64,000 bases of DNA from Bacteroidaceae bacterium (GTDB lineage: Bacteria; Bacteroidota; Bacteroidia; Bacteroidales; Bacteroidaceae), in the NCBI GenBank assembly GCA_024682395.1, contig JAIKZH010000081.1, positions 6,623 to 70,622 on the forward strand, given 5' to 3'. The translations under genes were made by a program, and so were the position numbers. Shown here piece by piece: positions 59,801-64,000 of this stretch (position 1 is the stretch's first letter; the number at the start of each line of letters is the position of its first letter). The notes under the pieces are model-generated. The model made no database searches, was not told the origin of the DNA, and saw nothing but the letters and a program-made list of their open reading frames with translations.

Positions 59801-60318
59801 ATGGTCAGGAGTACACTGGCGATGGCTTTTCTATCGTAATTGAAGAGAATGAGCCAAAACAGATTACTTGTCGTGGTGCATTGCTTCAAGTGAAATCGGA
59901 AATGGGCTGTAAGGCAATCAATGATATCAACAGTAAGATGGACGATTTCAAGGAACCATTGAAATCGAATTATTCGATGATTTCGAAACCAGTTCTTCAA
60001 TACAAAGATGTTACAGATGCAAATGTGGTGAACGAGATTATCCAGAAAGTTCGCGAATATAACAAATTCTTCATTCAGTTATGTGAAGACATACATGTTT
60101 CAGACAGATTCCTCGTAAGCGGAGAAGCATGGAGCATGTTTAAAGAGAATGTAAATAAAGATCTTGAACACCATTTCATACAAGGATGGAACTTCGTGAA
60201 TAAGAATCAGACAGTGGTAAACGAAACTGATCCAGTTCCTGATGCTTTGTTCTTCTATCCTATTATTGGCTCAATCAGAAATAACTTAATAGATAACATA
60301 AAAGAAAAAGACTTATGA
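56815..60318 (+). CDS. Large two-part protein: unassigned ~590-aa N-terminal region plus C-terminal Hsp70/actin-like (ASKHA) ATPase domain, cluster gene 4
   Basis: Phosphate-1 motif FAVDFGTTNTHIEV (D602; nt 58618-58638). Phosphate-2 motif VASIDIGGGSSDIVVY (D817; nt 59263-59286). Adenosine motif IMFSGTGSKVLKIVG (aa 965-979; nt 59707). Spacings of ~215 and ~150 aa resemble the DnaK NBD (~190 and ~140). No signal peptide or TM. Confidence 0.65.
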   Translation: MSKVLSYNNKSNGEDWFDITRQYSRDEIDSITDSSAGLTDNPRTAIPSPFAQMDLVKNAFLRLSYNVNLRGNQQDEKLVSQALDIAQLFFNINELRDKVRIIEWNRSVNLEQLKTSPEHRLLGETLDMYLRQDSEAYNFNLMNKLSFIAYNNHVLGCTSPASLFMASPDATAGVFDIPIEQGINLFDQWRPLYKREPKFVKYIYALFTAFPILKQRLEAVNKYLITNFLILNLDLQREILQEIGNPQSINEDETEKARNYLDTNYETTEEGMEVLGVPLFQSRTEDVMANIAKSDFVINPTHKFDENEKLPLVLQNNLNAPVTDPFKYITYDWDDSIKIRPEDYAVSPDKRVLPATTHQYPWLTDDDFLQPSLIRLDFPIDKDCFFDGNLKISNGDNDIKHYLLPLKPLFFKYFDTRDLWGTIAGKQRMEIQTSRIGQSRIVKVILRIPVQKHGKYITLSRTYVESKDGQLLFAPETGQGSFVTLSFAIAIFPFVRTEGYNQYKVQVVDRALGQFENYKIKLEFYKDGFNKRIDDSQLQKCRERSLKSQKMVGSNYYSVNTDFDYTKVVVENEVGAKFGEGIICPKWENEVQGADAYTFAVDFGTTNTHIEVMKGDGSPEPLKIDPQQRSRLVATLYNGENLLYDVIIKQEFAPKVIATDYGFPQRTVLSECERVDAANVDEIIALGDANIPFIYEKESIGYGNRIIPNLKWSSDISNSKRISCYLTEIALLMRSKVLLEQGNLKETRLVWFYPLSMETGKISQLRQIWAKTFQNVFGIPVREGINLIEMPESVAPYYYYKNSSQFKGAASTVASIDIGGGSSDIVVYQRENESKIPNVVTSFRFAANTLFGDAFSEVPQGNHNPMLIKYVDYFRMLFNNDEDLYGELLGILDDIVDKKKSEDINAFLFSIESNKATKGNDVFSYNLRLNQDSMRKIIFVYFYVTLVYYVANLMKFKGLDMPRCIMFSGTGSKVLKIVGSNRELNNLTQIVIERIYGQEYTGDGFSIVIEENEPKQITCRGALLQVKSEMGCKAINDINSKMDDFKEPLKSNYSMISKPVLQYKDVTDANVVNEIIQKVREYNKFFIQLCEDIHVSDRFLVSGEAWSMFKENVNKDLEHHFIQGWNFVNKNQTVVNETDPVPDALFFYPIIGSIRNNLIDNIKEKDL

Positions 60319-61586
60319 AAAAATTATTATTTTTAGCCATAGGCATGTGGTTTTTTGCCATTGGCTGCGTAAGTGCTCAGTCATTGGAACAAAAGAGAAT
60401 CTGTGCTCTCAAATGGACGCTTCAGCAAACCTTTTATAACAAAGCCGAAGGACAGCAATTGGCTAAGATGGATGTTACAGAGTTCAAATCTTTCGATGAA
60501 TTCAAGAAAAATGAACTTGTTAGCAAATTGATGAAAAAAGTCAGTGATAAAACTGATTTGAAACGTGTAAACTCAATCTTGAATGCTAAAAACGACGACG
60601 AATTGTCTTCAAGTGTTCCTTCTGGAGGAAAAAAAGAATATCAAGCCGATGTTGAGAAAATGAAGTCTCAAGCACCTGCTGCTCAAGAAGAAACTGAAGA
60701 AGAAACTCCTGCCGTTGAGGAGGTCGTGGAAGATACAGCTACTACAGCTTCTGTGACTCCTATTAAAGATGAAGAGAATAATAACGAGGAAGCAGAGAAC
60801 GATGCAACTGCAGAAGAAGATGAAGAAGCAACGGCAACTGAAGGTATTGGCCTTTGGGGTGTTGTTCTTATCTCGTCTCTTGTTTATGTTATACTCACAA
60901 TTTGTTTGCTTCTCTTCAAACGTTCACGTTCTGTAGGAAGATCTGGCGGTGACGACCAAGGCGTAAGTCTTGAACAATATCGTTCAGAACGTCTTCGTCT
61001 TATCGAAAGAATCAAGGCAATTGAAATTGAACTTGAAAGCAAGAAAGACAATAACAGCAAGCCTGTTAAGGAACAACCACAGCCTGCTGTTCAACAACCT
61101 GTTGCTAAGGAAAAAGAAGTTGTTGCTCCAGTTCCAACTCCAAAGAAAGAACCTGCAAAAGTAAATGTAGAGCAAACTCTTTTCTCTTCACCAACTAAGG
61201 ATGAAGCACCTTCTGCAGAGGTCACTCCAATCATAACTCCAACAGAAACTCCTTCTTCAATCAAACCACGTCACACCACATCTATCATGTTCTTCCCAGT
61301 ACCAGTAGATGGTGTGTTCTCAAACGGAACAGAAGAAATAGAGGTTGGTAAGTCTTTGTATATGTTGAAAACAACTGATGGTCAGAATGCAACATTTACA
61401 ATCCTCAACACACCAGAGGCTATTGCTACAGCACTCATATCTCTTTCACAGATGGTAAAACCTGTATGTAAAATTATCAATACAGTTACCAATCCATTAG
61501 AAATCGTGACAGAGGGTCCTGGTACAGCTGTACGTGAGGGTGATACATGGAAAATGGTGACAAAATCTGTTGTACGTCTGATTTAA
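60315..61586 (+). CDS. Bitopic membrane protein (signal peptide, periplasmic domain, acidic tract, TM, coiled coil, Pro-rich linker, small C-terminal domain), cluster gene 5
   Basis: Signal peptide MKKLLFLAIGMWFFAIGCVSA-QS, an E/D/T-rich tract (aa ~125-175), a TM IGLWGVVLISSLVYVILTICLLLF followed by KRSRSVGRSGG (positive-inside), heptad-like LEQYRSERLRLIERIKAIEIELE, and a P/K/E/V-rich linker. Its ATGA start overlaps the gene 4 stop. Confidence 0.6.
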   Translation: MKKLLFLAIGMWFFAIGCVSAQSLEQKRICALKWTLQQTFYNKAEGQQLAKMDVTEFKSFDEFKKNELVSKLMKKVSDKTDLKRVNSILNAKNDDELSSSVPSGGKKEYQADVEKMKSQAPAAQEETEEETPAVEEVVEDTATTASVTPIKDEENNNEEAENDATAEEDEEATATEGIGLWGVVLISSLVYVILTICLLLFKRSRSVGRSGGDDQGVSLEQYRSERLRLIERIKAIEIELESKKDNNSKPVKEQPQPAVQQPVAKEKEVVAPVPTPKKEPAKVNVEQTLFSSPTKDEAPSAEVTPIITPTETPSSIKPRHTTSIMFFPVPVDGVFSNGTEEIEVGKSLYMLKTTDGQNATFTILNTPEAIATALISLSQMVKPVCKIINTVTNPLEIVTEGPGTAVREGDTWKMVTKSVVRLI

Positions 61587-61591
61587 AACAA

Positions 61592-61619
61592 AAAGCCAAA
61601 GGGTTTAACCTCTGGCTTT
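61592..61619. terminator. Hairpin shared by the end of the five-gene cluster (+) and the 3' end of tRNA-Arg (-)
   Basis: AAAGCCAAAGG-gtttaa-CCTCTGGCTTT (one mismatch). On the minus strand it is followed by TTTTGTTTTAAAT. Confidence 0.6.
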
Positions 61620-61626
61620 CTGATCG

Positions 61627-61698
61627 TACCTCCACTGAGAATCGAACTCAGATCTAATCTTTAGGAGAGATTTGTTCTATCCATTGAACTATGAAGGC
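61627..61698 (-). tRNA. tRNA-Arg (anticodon CCT)
   Basis: Hand-folded cloverleaf from the reverse complement: GCCTTCA-TA-GTTC-AATGGATA-GAAC-A-AATCT-CTCCTAA-AGATT-AGAT-CTGAG-TTCGATT-CTCAG-TGGAGGT-A. The acceptor stem has 7 bp (two G-U), the T-loop is TTCGATT, and the anticodon loop is CT-CCT-AA. CCA is not encoded. Confidence 0.85.
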
Positions 61699-61709
61699 AT
61701 TTTCGAATG

Positions 61710-61717
61710 CAAAGATA
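61710..61717 (-). promoter_or_regulatory. -7 box (TATCTTTG on minus strand) for tRNA-Arg
   Basis: The plus strand reads CAAAGATA, 12 nt upstream of the mature tRNA 5' end. Confidence 0.5.
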
Positions 61718-61768
61718 CAAATAAATGAAGAATTAATATAATACGATTAAATAAATATTTCATAAATT

Positions 61769-62374
61769 ATGACATTTACAGAATTGTGTAACCAGATATT
61801 TGTCAAAGTAGTTAATGATTATCATTTACGTGATGACGTGAATCAGGATATGTTGAATCCATATGATAGAGGAACCATAGAATATGATTTATATGTGAAG
61901 ACATGGATTGACGCTGTACAATGGCATCTTGAGGATATTATCAGAAATCCTCATATCAATCCTATTGAAGCATTGGAAATCAAACGTCGCATCGATAAAA
62001 GTAATCAAGACCGTACAGACTTAGTTGAGAAGATTGACTCATATTTCCTTGAATATTATCATAATGTACATCCATTAGCAAATGCAACTATTAATACTGA
62101 GAGTCCTGCATGGGCAATCGACAGATTAAGTATTCTTGCTCTTAAGATATATCATATGCAGGAGCAGGTTGAGCGTGAGGATGCAACACCTGAACATCGT
62201 AAACGTTGTCAGGATAAATTGGATATTCTTCTTGAACAACGAGTTGACCTTTCTACAGCTATAGATCAACTACTTGATGATATCAAGAATGGTCGTAAGT
62301 ATATGAAGGTCTATCGTCAGATGAAGATGTACAACGATCCAAGTACAAATCCAATTCTCTATAAAAAACAATAA
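61769..62374 (+). CDS. DUF4254-like protein
   Basis: 201-aa soluble helical protein directly upstream of a GT9 gene. I recall this pairing as typical of DUF4254 in Bacteroidota; no catalytic motif recognised. Confidence 0.5.
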   Translation: MTFTELCNQIFVKVVNDYHLRDDVNQDMLNPYDRGTIEYDLYVKTWIDAVQWHLEDIIRNPHINPIEALEIKRRIDKSNQDRTDLVEKIDSYFLEYYHNVHPLANATINTESPAWAIDRLSILALKIYHMQEQVEREDATPEHRKRCQDKLDILLEQRVDLSTAIDQLLDDIKNGRKYMKVYRQMKMYNDPSTNPILYKKQ

Positions 62375-62496
62375 CGTATAAGAGTATTAAATAATATTCT
62401 TCCTGAATTAGTGAATTGAGGACGTTATGTATTATCCCATAGCACCTCAGTTCACTAATATATTAATAATAAACCATAATAACTCCATTAAATATA

Positions 62497-63501
62497 ATGA
62501 ATTTACTTGTAATGCGCTTTTCGGCAATGGGGGATGTTGCAATGACTGTTCCTGTTATTCATTCGCTTGCGCAAGCTCATCCTGAGGTGAAAATAACGGT
62601 TCTAACACGCGATTTCTTGGTGCCCTTCTATCAGTGGATGCCTAAGAATGTAACATGTATTGGTGTTAATCTAAAGGAATATAAAGGAGTTATTGGATTG
62701 GAACGTCTATATCGTCAACTCAAATCATATAATTTTGATGCTGTTGCCGATTTACACGATGTGTTGCGTACAAAATACTTGCGTACGCGTTTTTCTCTCA
62801 AACGAACTAAACTGGTTGTCATAGATAAAGGACGTCGGGAAAAACATGCATTGATTGGACATGGAATAGAATATGATTATCTTAAATCCATGTTTGAACG
62901 TTATCAAGAAACATTTATCGGATTGGGCTTGTTCTTCCCTTTGGCTTTTCAGGACTATAAAATAAAAGCTATGTTCTTGAAACCAAATCTGCCAATATCA
63001 ATATCCTCAAAACCATGTATTGGCGTAGCTCCTTTTGCTGCCCACGAGTGTAAGGTCTATCCTTTGGATAAGATGAAGGAAGTGGTGGATGGCTTGGCTG
63101 ATAATGGCTATCATGTATATCTTTTCGGGGCAGGTAAAGCCGAGAAAGAGATTCTTTCATCGTGGGAACGTGAGGATGTTGAATCGGTTGCAGGTAAGTT
63201 GGGCGGATTGACAAATGAGTTATTACTGATGAGCCGTCTGAAACTGATGATATCAATGGACTCAAGTAACATGCACATGGCAGCGATGATGGGTACACCA
63301 ACTTTGTCTATATGGGGAGCTACTCATCCGAAAGCAGGATTTCTGGCATGGCACCAGTCGTTGGACTCTGTGTTAAGTCTGGAATTACCATGTAAACCAT
63401 GCTCAATATATGGTAATAAACCATGTCAATATGGAGATTGTCGTTGTCTTGCTAATATCACACCACAGACTATAATTGATAAGTGTAATAAAATGATATA
63501 A
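62497..63501 (+). CDS. Glycosyltransferase family 9 (LPS heptosyltransferase-like)
   Basis: MNLLVMRFSAMGDVAMTVPV start, and DSSNMHMAAMMGTPTLSIWGATHP near the C-terminus, typical of GT9. Confidence 0.8.
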   Translation: MNLLVMRFSAMGDVAMTVPVIHSLAQAHPEVKITVLTRDFLVPFYQWMPKNVTCIGVNLKEYKGVIGLERLYRQLKSYNFDAVADLHDVLRTKYLRTRFSLKRTKLVVIDKGRREKHALIGHGIEYDYLKSMFERYQETFIGLGLFFPLAFQDYKIKAMFLKPNLPISISSKPCIGVAPFAAHECKVYPLDKMKEVVDGLADNGYHVYLFGAGKAEKEILSSWEREDVESVAGKLGGLTNELLLMSRLKLMISMDSSNMHMAAMMGTPTLSIWGATHPKAGFLAWHQSLDSVLSLELPCKPCSIYGNKPCQYGDCRCLANITPQTIIDKCNKMI

Positions 63502-63502
63502 A

Positions 63503-64000
63503 ATGAAAACCTGTATCTATTACATATTATATTCATTATTGTATCTTATATCGCTGTTGCCGTTAAGGATATTATATGTCGTGTCGGATCTGATGTATCC
63601 GTTTATAAGACAATATCGTAATAAAATCGTGCGACAGAATATGTCAGAGGCTTTCCCCGATTGCAGCAAGGAAGAACTCAGAAAGATGGAGTCGCAATTC
63701 TATCATCAGTTGGCTGATTATATTGTTGAGACCATAAAACTCTTTTCAATATCTAAGTCGCAATTGATGAAACGAATGATATTTAGTGGATTCGAGGAGA
63801 TGAACCATGGATTTGATGACCTCAAAATCGATGCTCTTTTCGCATATTTAGGTCATTATGGCAACTGGGAATGGATTGCATCATTACAATATTGGGCAGG
63901 CGACGTTCATTGTTGCCAGATTTATCATCCACTACGAAATCATGTGTTCGACCGCATGTTTTTGAAAATACGTCAGCAATATGGCGGTGAATGTATTCCG
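63503..64000 (+). CDS. Lipid A biosynthesis (Kdo)2-lipid IVA acyltransferase family (LpxL/HtrB-like), 3' end outside the window
   Basis: My own translation from ATG 63503: MKTCIYYILYSLLYLISLLPLRILYVVSDLMYPFIRQYRNKIVRQNM... with LGHYGNWEW (HX4-type acyltransferase motif region). It is open to the window end and so is not in the ORF track. Confidence 0.7.
   Translation, partial: MKTCIYYILYSLLYLISLLPLRILYVVSDLMYPFIRQYRNKIVRQNMSEAFPDCSKEELRKMESQFYHQLADYIVETIKLFSISKSQLMKRMIFSGFEEMNHGFDDLKIDALFAYLGHYGNWEWIASLQYWAGDVHCCQIYHPLRNHVFDRMFLKIRQQYGGECIP

Noticed and set aside
52931-61698. The five-gene cluster as a tRNA-integrated mobile genomic island
   Set aside because: There is no integrase, transposase or plasmid/phage gene. 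I find no direct repeat of the tRNA-Arg 3' segment near 52.9-53.1 kb. The promoter and apparent base composition look native. I keep only the observation about position; comparative genomics is needed.
1-64000. CRISPR arrays, rRNA genes, IS elements or prophage genes
   Set aside because: I scanned the intergenic regions (all under 435 nt) and the ORF translations. I found no repeat-spacer periodicity, no rRNA-like conserved segments, and no transposase, integrase, capsid or terminase motifs.

Overview
AT-rich chromosomal segment that looks like Bacteroidota, order Bacteroidales (Prevotella/Porphyromonas-like). The basis is the gene content (T9SS genes porW/porX, a DUF4835/PorD-like gene, an S46 dipeptidyl-peptidase, fused FeoAB, and the FtsX-DUF3098-UppP-TruB-QueA order) plus recurrent Bacteroides-type -7 promoter boxes (TAnnTTTG) just upstream of first genes. 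I support about 50 protein genes and one tRNA, tRNA-Arg(CCT). I saw no rRNA, CRISPR array, transposase or integrase. Most of the window is housekeeping: asnB (5' truncated by the window edge), a CarA-CarB(N-half) fusion, glmS, nadB, miaB, ftsX, uppP, truB, queA, folK, tatD, yidD, rnpA, metK, ruvB, tsaE, dnaE, and LPS/glycosyltransferase genes. It also holds an iron module: a hemerythrin-LuxR regulator divergent from a porin-FeoAB-small Cys-rich protein operon. The standout is a tightly packed, same-strand five-gene cluster at about 53.1-61.6 kb, between dnaE and tRNA-Arg. It encodes (1) a signal-anchored vWA-like protein, (2) a 4-TM membrane protein, (3) a 508-aa protein with tubulin/FtsZ-type GTP-binding motifs, (4) a 1167-aa protein whose C-terminal half carries the three Hsp70/actin (ASKHA) ATPase motifs at Hsp70-like spacing behind an unassignable ~590-aa N-terminal region, and (5) a bitopic membrane protein with an acidic tract, coiled coil, Pro-rich linker and a small C-terminal domain. 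I cannot place this cluster in any characterised system. I propose it as a candidate envelope-associated cytoskeleton-like or NTPase machine. All function calls come from motif recognition by eye; no database search was run.
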